Shown: positions 1-12,921 of the stretch, one piece after another | Layout: each line of letters opens with the position of its first letter | Position numbering within the stretch: position 1 is the stretch's first letter | Source: Scyliorhinus canicula | Taxonomy: Eukaryota | Assembly: GCF_902713615.1 (NCBI RefSeq) | Contig: NC_052152.1 | Span: 47,777,810-47,841,809 of the forward strand | DNA: 64,000 nucleotides | Direction of reading: 5' to 3' | Notes under the pieces: model-generated | Databases searched by the model: none | Told to the model about the DNA's origin: nothing | The model's input: only the letters and a program-made list of their open reading frames with translations | Program-made: the position numbers and the translations under genes

Positions 1-1704
1 TCACCATTTAGAATATCTTGAGCCTTTTCTGGTATAGGGGGAATTCTAAGAATAGTGGTGAGGTTTTTACTTCACCCCCCAAAAAATTCCTCAGGGACTC
101 TATTGTCAGCACAAACAGGAGTGGGAACATGAGGTACCACTGCCTCATTCCCCCACCTAACTCAAAATATGTGGGATTCACCTCATTCATGCACACACTA
201 GCTTTCCTTATATAACAATTTAACCCATTCCACAAACTTAGGGCCCAATTCCAGACCGTTCCAACACTGCAAACAAGTAACTCCACTCTACACAGTCAAA
301 TGCCTCCTCTACCTCTAGCGCCGCCACCACCACCTTCGGCTCCCTCCCTCTGACTCCGAGAACACTATGTTCAACAAATGCCATACGTTCACAAGACTCC
401 GCTTTACAAACCCCGTCTGACCAGCCACAATCACTGCGGAAGGCACTCTTCCAACCTAAGTGCCAACACCTTGGCAGGAATCTTAGCACCCACAATTAGC
501 AGAGGCATTGGCCGAAACGATCCACACTCCACCGGGTCCTTATTTATCCTTTTTTTAAGCAACAGGGAAATGGATGCCTATCCCATCGTCCCTGTGAGTT
601 TCCCTTTAGCCACTGCATCCTTAAACATTTTCACCAACAGCAGCGCCAGCCTATCCAAAGTAAAGCTCTACCGAGAACCCATCTGACCATGGTGTCTTAC
701 TCGTTTGCATCTTCGCTACTGCTGCTCAAACCGCCTCAATCCCTACTGGCTCCTCCAGCCCTGCCCTCTCCTCCTCTAGGATACTCCAACCCGCCACACC
801 CCAAAATTCCTGAGGCGCTCTGACCTGTACAATATTTTATAAAACTCCTCAATTGCCTTGTTCGCTGGTCCGGTGCCACCACCAGCTCCCCTGCCCCATC
901 CCGGAACCAAACAATCTCTCGCACTGCCCGCCAATAAGCAATTGGCCTTCTCCCCATACTTATATACTACCCTCCTTCGCCCACCTCAACTGTCGTACTG
1001 CCTTCCCTGTAGACCAAAGGACAAACCGCGCCTGCAAATCCTTTCTACTTACCTGAAGGTCCGGAGTGGGATCCTCCGCATATTTCCCATCCACCGCCAA
1101 GATGTTCTCTACCAGCTGCTGCCTCTTCTTTCTTTCCTCCCTGTCCACCTCAACCTTGAACAGAATAATCTCGCCGCTTACCACTGCCTTCAGTGCCTCC
1201 CAAACCGCCGACAGTGAGACTTCCCCATTCCAATTGAACCCCACATGGTCATCAATCACCTTCCCCACCTTTACTCAAACATTTGGATTCACCAGCAGCC
1301 CCACATCCAACATCTGGCCTCTGTGCAGGCCCCTTCTTCAGGACCATGTCCACCAAGAGCGGAGCATGATCTGAAATAACAATCGTTGAGTATTCCGCTT
1401 TTCTCACACCCAACAATGACTTCCCCATAATAAAGTCAATCCTCCCCCCCCCCCCCCCCCCCCACAAACCATCTCCTTCATAAAACGCAGCCAATTTCTT
1501 TGGCCTCTCGAGGGAGTCAGCGAGCATGGCTTAGAACGATCCACCTTCGGATTCAACACTGTATTTAAGTTCCCACCCAGGATTAACTGATGCGTATTCA
1601 AATTCGGTAAGGAAGCCACCATCCTCTTCATAAACCCTACATTATTCCAATTCAGGGCATACACAATGACGAACACTACATACCTCCCCCTCCAAAGTTG
1701 TCCC

Positions 1705-1937
1705 CTGTCTGTATGGAGTCTGCACATTCTCCCAGTGTCTGCGTGGGGTTTTCTCTAGGTGCGTCGGTTTCCTCCGACAAGTCCTGAAAGACGGGCTTGT
1801 TAGGTGAATTGGACATTCTGAATTCTCTCTGTTTACTCGAACAGGCGCCATAGGTGTGGCGACTAGGGGATTTTCGCAGTAACTTCATTGTAGCGTTAAT
1901 GTAAGCCTTCTTGTGACAATAAAGATTATTATTATTA
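1705..1937 (+). mobile_element. 5'-truncated tRNA-derived SINE (V-SINE/HE1-like)
   Basis: GGAGTCTGCACATTCTCCC..GGTTTCCTCC core and AAGCCT.CTTGTGACAATAAAGATTATTATT tail, shared with the 20835 and 47693 copies. Confidence 0.85.
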
Positions 1938-2501
1938 AAGCACGCATTACTATAACCTATCTGCTCCCCTGGTTTGCCGCCACCTTCTCCTTCTGAAATC
2001 ACACTCTCTTGCACACCAGTATCACTAGCCCCCAGGCTCTGCTATCGAAGCCAGAGTGGAACACCCGACTCACCCAGCCCTTCTAAAGCCTCACTTGGTC
2101 CTTCATCCTCAGGTGGGTCTCTTGCAGTAGTACCACGTCGGCTCTCAAGCTCTTCAAATGAGAGAAAACGCTTGTTCACTTCACTGCTTCACCCAACCCC
2201 CGCATGTTCCACCTTACCATTCGGACCGGGGGGGTCTCTCACTCCCCTCCTGTCAGTTATGTTCACCGCTTCCGGCCTCGTCCAGCAAGCGGGACCCAAC
2301 CCTGCCCCTAGTCACCATCAGTGGCGTGCAGAGGTCTGGTGATGCCCGGGGCAAATCTTGATTGTATGCCCCAAAGACTCAAGTGTAAGGCCTAATATAC
2401 TGAGAAATATTATGAGAAAGGAAAACATTTTGAATATATAAACACAGATGAAACATGAAATAAACGCTTTATTCGATTTTAATATAAATCAATCAAATTT
2501 A

Positions 2502-5028
2502 TTAAGTTCTTTTCCCCAAATGATACCTCCTGTCACAAAACACCTGAACTACTTCACTTTTTACATCAGCTGTGAGAAATTCTTTTTCAATGCTTATTAA
2601 AGCCAGGTTGGTCAGTCGCTCCTGTGACATAGAAGACCTCAGATATGTTTTTATTAATTTCAGTTTTGAAAATGACCTTTCACAGCTTGCGACTGAAAAT
2701 GCGATTGTAAGCAGTAATCTGTATGAAACACACAGCGTCGGAAAGACATCCCTCCCATACTGCAGTAAAGACTCCAGAGCATCTTTAGGATCAGGGGGAA
2801 CTCTATTCCCTCCATCTCGAAGGAGCATCACAAAATCAATAATTTGGTCATATAACTGAATTGCAACCACATCATTGTCATAATAATTTGCAAAGTCTGA
2901 ACATTCCTTTTTTAATTTCTCTCTTTCTTGTTCATCTTCAATCACTCCTGAATTCAAGTTCAGAAGAAAAGAAAATCGGTCACTGAGTCTTTGAAGACGG
3001 ACACTGCGGTCTTCAATTTCAGTTTTTAATCTGTTCACAATCTCTACTATTACTCTATTCATTTCTTCTTGTGCCGTCAGTCCACTATCTCTTGCTGACT
3101 CTCCAGGCATTATTCTTCTTCTCCTTGTTCGTGCAATTGGTATTCCCCAATTTTGACAATATTCATTGGCTAAATCTATTGCATTGTGGATAATTTCGTC
3201 ATTCTTCAAATTCAAGATATGAATACGTCCTCTCAGATCACAAGAAGCTTCATGGAACCCCATTTTCGGATCCTGCAAACGTTTTGAGACTTTATCCACT
3301 GATGATAAAACTGAGTACCAAAAATTTAATAAAGCTATAAACGGGAACTGTTGAATAGAGTTCAGTAGCGATCCTGCATCAGATTTAGTTTCCCTTGAAA
3401 ATTCTCCTTCCAGCAGGTGTTGAAGGCTTGCAATAACGTTGTCACACTCTTCGTGGATTACTTGCACAGCATCATGGCTGGAACTCCATCTTGTGTCACA
3501 CTGTCTTTTCACAGTCCGAGTGACAAATGATTTTAACACTTCCCAACGAGAAGTAGATGAAGAAAAAAAAGTAGAGTTTTTCTAGAATGCCAAAAAATGT
3601 AACAACAACAGGTTGCACCTCACTTGCATGGACACAGGACAAATTGAGGCTGTGGTTCTCGCAGTTCACAAACACAGCTTTTGGGTTAACTTCAAGAATT
3701 TTTTGTTGAACACCTCCTCTCACTCCAGCCATAACTGCTGCGTTATCATATGCTTGACCACGACAGTCATTCATGGAAATTTTGTCTTCTTCCAATTTTT
3801 CCTGAATTTTATTTACCAGGCTGACTGCATCTTTCTTGTTGACTTGAAAAAATCCCAGAAATGTCTCCTTTATTTTTACTTTTCTGTTTTCATCAATATG
3901 AACGTAACGCAGAATTTCAGAAACCTGATCTTCATGGGCAATATCTGGAGTTGAATCCAGCATTATGCTAAAATATTTTGCGTCCTTAATTTCGGAAATT
4001 ATATTTTTCTTGACAGTTTCACCAAGAAGATTGATTATTTCGTTTTGAATTCTGTTGGACAAGTAGGTGACACTTTTTGGTTTCTCTTTCCCTCTCTGCA
4101 AGTGTTTTGCTAAGATGTCATCATATTTGGCCAAAAGTCTGATTGTTGCTAGAAAGTTTCCTGTATTTTCACTGACTGTCTCCGCTGGCTCTGATAACCC
4201 AGATATTCCTTCTCCTCGATGTCCACGAAGGGCCAGATTCTGTTTTGCCAGAAAGGATATAACCTCGACAATCCGTTCAGTTATAGCTTTCCATCTTTTC
4301 TTTTCAGCAGACATTTGCTGTTGAAGTTCAGCATCTATCGCAGTTGAATGATGGAGTCGAACTACAAGGTTCAGGTATTCCCTCATGTGAGCTCTATGAG
4401 AAGGGCTTTTCTCATGGTCAGGTATTGTTGGATTTAATTCTCTCCAAGTGGAGAAACCGTCTTCCTTTCCAAAGTTTGACACAGACGACAAATGCTCCTT
4501 TGAAAACAAAAAGCAAACAAAACAGTAGCATGTTTTCCGATATGGAGAGTATAACAACCATTTTCTCTCCACAATTTCTCCGTTTGTGGAAACTTTATCA
4601 AACCACTGTTTGGAAAATGATCTCCCATCCTTCTCAGCAAATGGACCACTTTTATTCTGATATCTTTCAGGGCCATGTTGTAATATTGTCATCTTCAAAT
4701 GATCTGGAATCGGTTTCTTCAAACAGCCAAAATCGCTTCTTTGCAAAAATATGCAAATATCTTCTTTATTTTCTTCACATGGATCATCATCCTGACAACG
4801 AGACTGAGGAGAGAGAGTATTATGTTCTGACCGAGCTGAATCCGTATCAGAAAAATCCTTCTCTGCACCCACATCATCTTTTACTTCTCCAGGTTCTCCT
4901 ACTTCTTCTTTACTTCTTTTTATCCATGCATCTAATGCCCCTCTTTGATGGGACTCTTCTTCGACTCTGGCCCTCTTTTTTTTCCTGTTCTGTGCTCCAC
5001 TCGGTTGCACACGAAATACTCGTAACAT
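2502..5028 (-). pseudogene. hAT transposase (ZMYM1-like: TTF zinc finger, DUF4371, C-terminal dimerization domain), split by one frameshift at the A8 run 3563-3570
   Basis: RKWLLYS..CYCFVCFLF, LALRGH, YFSIMLDSTPD, GQAYDNAAVM, CENHSLNL, DTRWSS, SVASCERSFSKLKLIKTYLRSSMSQERL. Confidence 0.92.
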
Positions 5029-5692
5029 TTCATTTTCTATCTCAAAAACCGTAAGACGCATGAGAAAATGGGAAGAAAATGGTAAACAATCGGTCAGTTG
5101 CAGACGGATAAACCATATTTCATTTCTTTGTTCCTTCGTATCAAATTATTTCACACTGATTCTCCACTGATAATTTTGTGCAATTTATATCATAGACTTG
5201 CAAATTAGTGGTATCTGTATTCGAATATTAGCATGTTAAGGAATAAATGTCTCCTATTCCGAGATTAAATGCCATAGCAGTCCTCTGATCATCCAGACTT
5301 TACTCTTACTACATCCCACGTAAATATTACATTAAATATCGCCAAAAAACCTATAAAAACCGTAGTTGCACCTGTTCTAGAGCTATTCACTGACCTGAGT
5401 AGGTAAAAGAACTAATCTAGATGCACAAAAAGCTGAAGAAAAGACGAGTTATGACTCGAGGAAACGCAGGAACGAACAGCCACGTCTGCTTGTTGCTTTT
5501 GATGGTTGCACCACGTACATCATGCGCATGCGTGTGGGGGGGATGGGGAGAAGGACCATTTTCTCTAGACAGAAAGGGTACACCATGTTAAAGGAATAAA
5601 GGGCTAACAACTGCCTCTGCAGTGTGGTGAGCCTCCAAAAATTGATTTATCACCGCTGAAATTTTAAAATTACTATCTTATTTCCTTCTCTG

Positions 5693-5952
5693 GGGCAGCA
5701 CGGTGGCCTAGTGGTTAGCACAACCGCCTCACGGAACTGAGGTCCCAGGTTCGATCCCGGCTCTGGGTCAATGTCCGTGTGGAGTTTGCACATTCTCCCC
5801 GTGTCTGCGTTGGTTTCGCCCCCACAACCCAAAAAATGTGCAGAGTAGGTGAATTGGCCACGTTAAATTGCCCCTTAATTGAAAAAAATAATTGGGTAAT
5901 CTAAATTTTTTTTTAAAATTTAAAAAAAAAAAAAAAATTTTTTTTTTTTTTT
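5693..5952 (+). mobile_element. tRNA-derived SINE inserted in the hAT element
   Basis: A box TGGCCTAGTGG, B box GGTTCGATCCC, A/T tail; 12-bp TSD TTTCCTTCTCTG at 5681-5692 and 5953-5964. Confidence 0.92.
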
Positions 5953-6408
5953 TTTCCTTCTCTGATTGGATGCCCCCATCCAATGTATGCCCGGGGCCAA
6001 TGCACCGTCGGCCCCCCCCCTCTGCACGCCACTCACCATCAACTAGAAGCCACCCAGCCACTTCCTTTTGAAACCACTTCTCTCTGCATCCTCTCCATCC
6101 CCCCCTCATTTATACTTCCCAGGTTCATCAAAACCTGTCCATAAAGGCTCTGACGGTCGTGGCCCTTCCCCTCACCTCGCTCCTGTTCACTAGCCTATTT
6201 GCGTTTGCTAGCGAGGTGGCCCCTACCAGAGCCTCCTCCCCACATGCCCAATACGGAAAAACCAAAATAAAAAAGGTTCCTACAACCAGTGCTTCCAAAC
6301 CCAGCACAATAGACCCCCAAACAAAGAGAAATAAATCCGAACATATTACCCCAACATCCCAGAAACATCCCTCCCCCAGCTACAACATAAGAAAAAACAA
6401 AGTCTAAA

Positions 6409-7323
6409 CTCAGTTCAGTCCTTCAGCCTTCACGAAATCCTCTCCGCCATCTCAAAGTAACTAGTCCTTGGAATTATGCATAACTCTCAATTTCGCCAGC
6501 TAGACCATTCCAAACCGCATGTTACTCTTGTAGAATACTGCCTTCGGCTTGTTGAGGGCCGCCCGCCGTCTAGCCACCTCTACCGTGAGGATTTAGTATA
6601 TTCGAATACCATTGCCTTCCCATCTCACCTCTCAATTCTATTTAGCTCATCTCAGCACCTTTTCCTTCATCTAGTAGCTATAATAACAGACTACCACAGT
6701 CTTGGTGATTCGTTCGTCTTTGGCTTCGGCCAGAGCGACTGGTGAGCCCGATCCAGCTCAAAGAGGGAGGGGTCCTTCTTCTCCCACAAAAGCTTAGCGA
6801 ACATCACCAAAAAGCACTCCATTGGCTTCCGGCCCTCCAACACCTCAGGCAGTCCCAGAATCCACATATTCTGCTGCCGTGACCTGTTCTCCAAGTCCTC
6901 CACTTTGTCTCTCAGCCCTTGGTTGCTCTCCTCCACAGCTCCTCGCCTATTGAGGTGAGCGAGTTGCCTGAAGGTACAAAGCCTCCTCTGTCCCTTTCAA
7001 CACTTCTCCTGGTACCCACACTGTCGTCGGTGTCTTTCCAACAGCCTCCTTGATCAGGGCCAGCGTATTGTCCACCAACTGTTTGAGCGTTCCCATCATT
7101 TCCTTTCCATGCCGCTCAAAATGCTTGGCAAACTGCCGCTCAAACTCCACCGCCAATACCTCGGCCAGCGTGTCCACCGTAATGGGCGTAGCCCCACCCG
7201 ACGAGCTTGCTCCCGCCATTTTTCCACCAACAGAACTCTGCACTGAACCCGAGCTCTCAGGTGGACTATTGCTCGCTCCTTTTCGTCCCTTATTTTTCGG
7301 TTTTCAAAATCCTTAGTTACCAC
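6409..7323 (-). pseudogene. L1-like ORF1 (RNA-binding/coiled-coil) remnant
   Basis: ORF pieces 6691..6936 and 6947..7243 with the LENRSR.N..I.GLPE motif. Confidence 0.8.
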
Positions 7324-8084
7324 GCTTCTGGAGATCGATCATATGAAATTTTCCACCAAATCTGCGTGAAAAGGGCCAAAAAATGAAAGCTCTAGCAGGA
7401 GGCACCCAACGTGCGACCTCTCACCTACATGTCACCATCAGAAGTCAAAACATTTGCATGTGATCATTTGAACTGTATTTATTGTTTCAGTCCAGGAGCT
7501 GCAGCTACTGTCAGGTATGGTTAATTCACAAACCTTCGACTGCACAACAACTGAACTTATTTTGAAGGAAAAATACCAACGAAACAAAACACAACCGTGC
7601 AATAACTACATTCATTAAACGTCCCAGACTACTTCATGTTTAGCATTTTACTCATTCAATAGTTACGGGCCGTTATAGGTCAGTCAACCCATAAGTAACA
7701 AGGCTCAAGGACAAGGCTCAAGGACAATTATAGTTGTCAACTCAGATTCATAAACACCACAACTCTCCAGCTTGCAAATCCAAAACCCGGAAACACCAGG
7801 GGCGGGATTCTCCACCTGTGTCTATCTCTCTCTGGCTTTCAGAACTGAGACATGGAAGATACAGCACTTGGAGAAGTAAAACAACTTTTATTACAACTTT
7901 ATCATCATTCACGTTTCAAATAAATTTTTATATCTACAGAATTTTCCAATTCACACAATTGTGGTCAGGCATTCTAAGTCATTCTAAAATCGAGAAAATT
8001 CCACAACCCAGAAATAACTTGGTCCCAAGCTCGACAGGACAGAGGACAGGTTATAATAGTGCACCTTAATAACCTTGCATTGGT

Positions 8085-9935
8085 TTTTAAAAAATAAATA
8101 TTTTATTGAGGTATTTTTGGTATAGAAAGAACAAAAGACAAGGGGCACGATTCTCCGCCCCCCACGATGGGTCGGAGAATAGCGGGAGGGCTTTCCCACC
8201 ATTTTTCCCGACCTCCCGCTATTCTTCCCCCCCCCCCTCCCCACAGCACGAATCGCTGCTCGCCGTTTTTTACGGCGAGCAGCGATTCTCCCCTAGCCGA
8301 TGGGCCGATTTCCCAGGCCTTTTTACGGCCGTTTTCACGAACTCCAACACACCTGCTCTCACCGTTCGTGAAAACGGCCACAAAGTGCCGTTCTGGAGAA
8401 CCATGCCACCGATTGGCACGGCCGTGGTGCGGCCGTGCCAAAGGTGGCATGGGCCCGCGATTGGTGGGCACCGATCGCGGGCAGCGGGTCCGAACCCCGC
8501 GCACTCTTTGTTCCTCCGCCGTGCCGCTGGATCAGTCCGTGGGGCGGCTGAGGGGCATAACGGCCCGCGCATGCGCGGGTTTCACGCATATGCGCGATGA
8601 CGTCATCCGCGCATGCGCGGATTGGAGCCGTCCAATCCGCGCATGCGCGGCTGACGTCATCGTTTGCGTCAGCCGCCGTTACCCTTGGCGCGCGGGTTTA
8701 GCGAAGTTCGCTAAGCCTGCGATGCCGAGGTTCACGGGGCCCCGCTGCTAGCCCCGACCGGGGAGAAGCATCGGGTCCCGGGAGGGGGCGCGGAGGCTGC
8801 CGTGAAACACGGCCGGTTTCACGGCAGCCTTCACGACTCTCCGCATTTGCGGAGAATCGCGCCCAAGATACATGAAACCATAAACATAGTACAAAAACCG
8901 TTTACCTTTCGTACAGGCCCCACCCTTATTGACCCCCTACTCCAACCTAAACTACTCCCCCCCCCATCCCCCTCGCAAGGATGTCCACGAACGGTTGCCA
9001 CCTCCGGGTGAACCTTATCAGTGAACCTCTCAAGGCGAACTTAATTTTCTCCATGCAGAGAAAGCTAGCCATGTCCTATAGCCAGGTCTCCGACTTCGGG
9101 GGCTTTGGATCCCTCCATGCCAATAGTATCCGCCTCTGGGCTACCAGGGAAGCAAAGGCCTGAACATCTGACTCTTTCTCCTCCTGGATTCCCAGATCTT
9201 CCGACACCCCGAAAATCGCCACCTCTGGACCCAGCGCCACCCTTGTTCTTAAAACCTTGGACACGACGTCCACAAACCCGTGCCAAAATCCCCGAAGCTT
9301 TGGACATGTCCAAAACATGTGGACATGGTTCGCTGGTCCTCCCACGCAGTTTGTGCACCTGTCCTCCACCCCAAAGAATCTGCTCATCCGGGCCACTGTC
9401 ATGTGAGTTGGTGAACCACCTTGAATTGTACCAGCCTGAGCCTGGCATACGTTGCAGACGTGTTGACTCTACTCAACGCGTCTGCCCATAAACCATCCTC
9501 TATCTCACCTCCCAGCTCCTCCTCCCACTTACGCTTCAGCTCCTCGGTCTGCGTCTCCTCCGAACCCATAAGCTCCTTATGTATGTCCGAGACGCTCCCC
9601 TACCCTACCCACCCTCTGGAAATTACCCTGTCCTGAATCCCCCTCAGCGGCAGGAGCGGGAAGGTTGGCACCTGTTTACGAAGGAAGTCCCGCACCTGCA
9701 AATATCTGAATTTGTTCCCCCTCGCCAGCCCAAACATTTCCTCCAGCACCCTCATACTCTGAAAGCTCCCCTCTATGAACACATCCCCCATCCTCTCAAT
9801 CCCCGCTCTCCGCCATACCCGGCTATGGCCATGTTAGCCGCCCAGTAATAGTTGCTAAAATTTGGCAGCGCCAGCCTGCCCTCTCCCCGACTCCGCTCGA
9901 GCATTACCTTCCTTACCTGCGAGGTCTTGCCCGCA
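8085..9935 (-). mobile_element. L1/Tx1-like LINE 3' fragment (ORF2 C-terminus with CCHC, 3' UTR), split by a MITE
   Basis: CTNCVGGPANHVHMFWTCPKL motif, FRYLQVRDF, AATAAA and A-rich end on the minus strand near 8085-8106. Confidence 0.85.
8143..8864. mobile_element. GC-rich non-autonomous DNA transposon (MITE, PIF/Harbinger-like)
   Basis: TIRs GGGCACGATTCTCCG / CGGAGAATCGCGCCC, 3-bp TSD AAG, palindromic core. Confidence 0.85.
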
Positions 9936-11285
9936 ACTTTGAATTGTTACTGAATGGATTGGAAGAACAGCTTACATTTATAAAGCAGCATTAACATAAA
10001 AAAATGTCCAAAGGTGTCTCACAAAAAGAAAATCTGTCAAAAATAGTCCAACAGGAAGGTATTAACAATTGCGACTGAAAACATAGTTAAAGAGACAAGT
10101 TTTAGGGAGGCTATTAAAGGAGGGCAATCAAAAGGTTGACAAGTTAGGGAAGGAGAGGAAATTCCTAACTTCGGGGCTTAGATGGCAAAAGTAGTGGTAG
10201 GGCAAAGAGAACAGGGGACAGAATTGGAGGAATGCAGAATTATTGTCTGGTTTACGGTTGAAGGTGATGGTGGTTAGGGAGTGGAATTTGCGCTGTGTAT
10301 TAGGACACAGGCAGAAGAGGTCTGGATGACAGGAGCAATCTGGAATTGACAAAAAGCACAGATGTGGGTTTGAGCAGCAGACACATTTGATTATTTAGTT
10401 TGCACCATCATGTACTTTCACTCCTATTGGCGATTTACAATTTAACATTCCTGTAAGGAGCAATTTTATTAGCAAAGGAAAGGTGAGGGGCACCAACCCA
10501 ACAAATTGCACACAGCATTGTACTATTTTCCTGCAAATTATCCTCTTCAGTGTGATAAAAGCCCCCAATCTTCACATTCTCCTCCAATACAAATCTTACC
10601 AAAATTCTAAATTAAAAAAGGAAAATTCCAACATTTTTGGACATGAGAGTGGCAATCTCTGAAGTTACAAATGTGACGCTGTCTGATATCTGGGAATCTC
10701 TGGTTCCCATGTCTAAAAGCTTTGAAGGCAGCGTCACTGTAAGAAAGGAATGTAGCCTGGTACAGCAGTCACAGTTGACATTCCGCATTTTGATTTTTTA
10801 AAAAGATAAATCTTACAAATGCAAACACCAGCAAAAGAGCAATTATCTTTGATTATTGACCTGAAGTTTTGCAATTACACCAAGTTCTTCTGTTTAGTTA
10901 ACTCTCAAGGCCGACATCAGAGACCTCAAACCTACTGTACTAAAGCACTGTCCTAATATATTTCTGGTTACAAGGAGCAAAGGTTTTTGGAAGATATTGT
11001 TGTCTGCAGCAGTCCTCCTCTCTCCACTCCCCCTTAAACAGCTGGCTGCTTAAAGAGAAGGCCCTACCACAATCATTTTAGAGCAACTAGAAATGGGCAA
11101 TTACTGCAATATTGACAGCATCTCCATGTTCTCGTGTTCCCTATTCCCTACTCCAGCCCCAAGTTCCCTGTTCATGCGCCAGTGGAAACATATTTTAAAA
11201 ATCTATGTTTTTATTGAAGATTTTCATTTATGACAGGTAAATCTCATCATATACAGTTGCGTCAATCATAACCGAGGTTATAAGT

Positions 11286-12918
11286 TGATGTGACCATCAA
11301 TTCACTCGAGACACGAGAGGAAGTAAACTGTGGCTTTAATAGACTTACAACTGAGCCTGCCTGCGACTAGAAGAACTGAGGGCAGACTCACAAGACTGCA
11401 GAACTTTATACTTCCGGTAGTGGAAGGGGCCATGGGCGGAGCCAAGGGTGGAGCCCTGTACAAGCTCCTCATCTCCCGTGGGCAGAGCTGCGCAATGGCT
11501 CACAGACAGAGCCCACAAGGACACAATGCTATATAGTGTGAATTAAGCAATATACATTCACCCCCTATAAAAAAATCAAGTCTGGCGGGGGTGAAGGGTC
11601 TAGAGATTGAGCCGGTCCGGTGGTCGGGTCGTCCGCTGAGATCGGCGGAGCACTGGGGTTGCAGCCTCTTCAGATGGCTGTGTGCTGACGGGCGGTGTGG
11701 ATCTGAGGGTTGTTCGTTCAGAGCTTTGTTCCTGACGGGTGCGACGGGTGAAGGGGGGTGCAGGAAACCTGTAGGCGGGGGTGCACAGGGCGTGGGGGGT
11801 GTGGTGTGAGGGGTACCTCGGCGGTGGTGGTGGTGGATCATGCAGGCGCCAGGTCCTGGAGGGAAACGGTTTCCTGATGGCCGTCGGGGTGTTCTATAAA
11901 GGCGTAGTGTGGGTTTGAGTGTAGCAGTAGTACCCTTTCTACTAGTGGGTCCGTTTTATGTGTCCGGATGTGCTTCCGGAGGAGAACTGGGCCCGATGTC
12001 CTCAATCAAGATGGGAGCGAAGCCCCCGTGGTAGTGCCCCTAGGGAAAACAAATAATCGCTCGTGTGGGGTCTGGTTAGTGGCCATGCACAGGAGGGACC
12101 TAATTGCATGGAGCACATCGGGGAGGACCTCCTGCCAGTGGGAGGTCGGGAGATTCCTCGACCGTAGGGTCAGTAGGACGGTCTTCCAGACCGTCGCGTT
12201 CTCCCTCTCCACCTGCCCGTTCCCCCTGGGGTTATAGCTGGTAGTCCTGCTCGAGGCAATGCCCTTGTCGAGCAAGTACTGACGCTCGTCGCTCATGAAG
12301 GATGAACCCCTGTTGCTGTGTATGTAGCTGGGGAAGCCAAACAGGGTGAAGACACTGTGCAGGGCTCTTATGACTGTGTGGGAGGTCATATCGGGGCATG
12401 GGATAGCAAACGGAAACGGGAGAATTCGTCTATGACGTTGTGGAAATGCACATTTCGATTGGTCGAGGGGAGTGGCCCTTTGAAATTGATGCTCAGGCGT
12501 TCAAAGGGCCGGGAAGCCTTTACCAGGAGGGCCTTGTCTGGTCTATAGAAGTGTGGTTTGCTTTCCGCGCAGATTGGGCAATCCCTGGTGATGGCTTTTA
12601 CCCCCTCGGTGGAGAAAGGCAGATTCCGGGCGTTGATGTAGTGGGCGAGCCGGGTGACCCCCGGGTGGCAGAGGTCATTGTTGATAGCCTGTAATCGGTT
12701 GTCTTGCGCGCTGGTGCATGTGCCGCAGGACAGGGCATCTGGGGGCTCGTTGAGTTTCCCCGGCCAATATATGATGTCATAATTATAGGTGGAGAGTTCG
12801 ATCCTCCACCTCAAGATTTTATCATTTTTTATTTTGCCCCGCTGCGAGTTGTCGAACATGAAGGGAACCGATCTCTGGTCGGTGGTGAGGGTAAACCTCC
12901 TACCTGCGAGGTAGTGCC
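11286..12918 (-). mobile_element. Gypsy-type LTR retrotransposon 3' remnant: RNase H end, integrase, PPT and 275-bp LTR (11286-11560)
   Basis: LRWRIELSTYNYDIIY, LCHPG..CPIC, NPRGNGQVER motifs; G-run PPT abutting an LTR reading TG..CA on the minus strand. Confidence 0.85.
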
Positions 12919-12921
12919 TGG

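Larger units (their letters stand above)
2319..6033 (-). mobile_element. hAT DNA transposon, near full length
   Basis: TIR CAGTGGCGTGCAGAGG at 2319-2334 and its reverse complement (lacking the last base) CCTCTGCACGCCACT at 6019-6033; 8-bp site GTCACCAT on the left, CACCAT remnant on the right; internal transposase. Confidence 0.92.
1..7447 (-). mobile_element. Degenerate L1/Tx1-clade LINE (5' UTR, ORF1, inter-ORF, endonuclease and RT remnants), interrupted by a hAT transposon and SINEs; runs off the window start
   Basis: ORF1 remnant EDLENRSRQQNMWILGLPE...ELDRAH; APE remnant RIDF...ISDHAPL and LILGGNLN; RT remnant EEAFDCVEWSYLF; many stops and frameshifts. Confidence 0.85.

Noticed and set aside
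4344-5054. 236-aa plus-strand ORF (also 36319-36819 and 56142-56513)
   Set aside because: Antisense shadows of real coding sequence.
5693-5765. tRNA-like A/B boxes here and in other copies
   Set aside because: These are SINE heads followed by a V-domain and tail with TSD, not tRNA genes.
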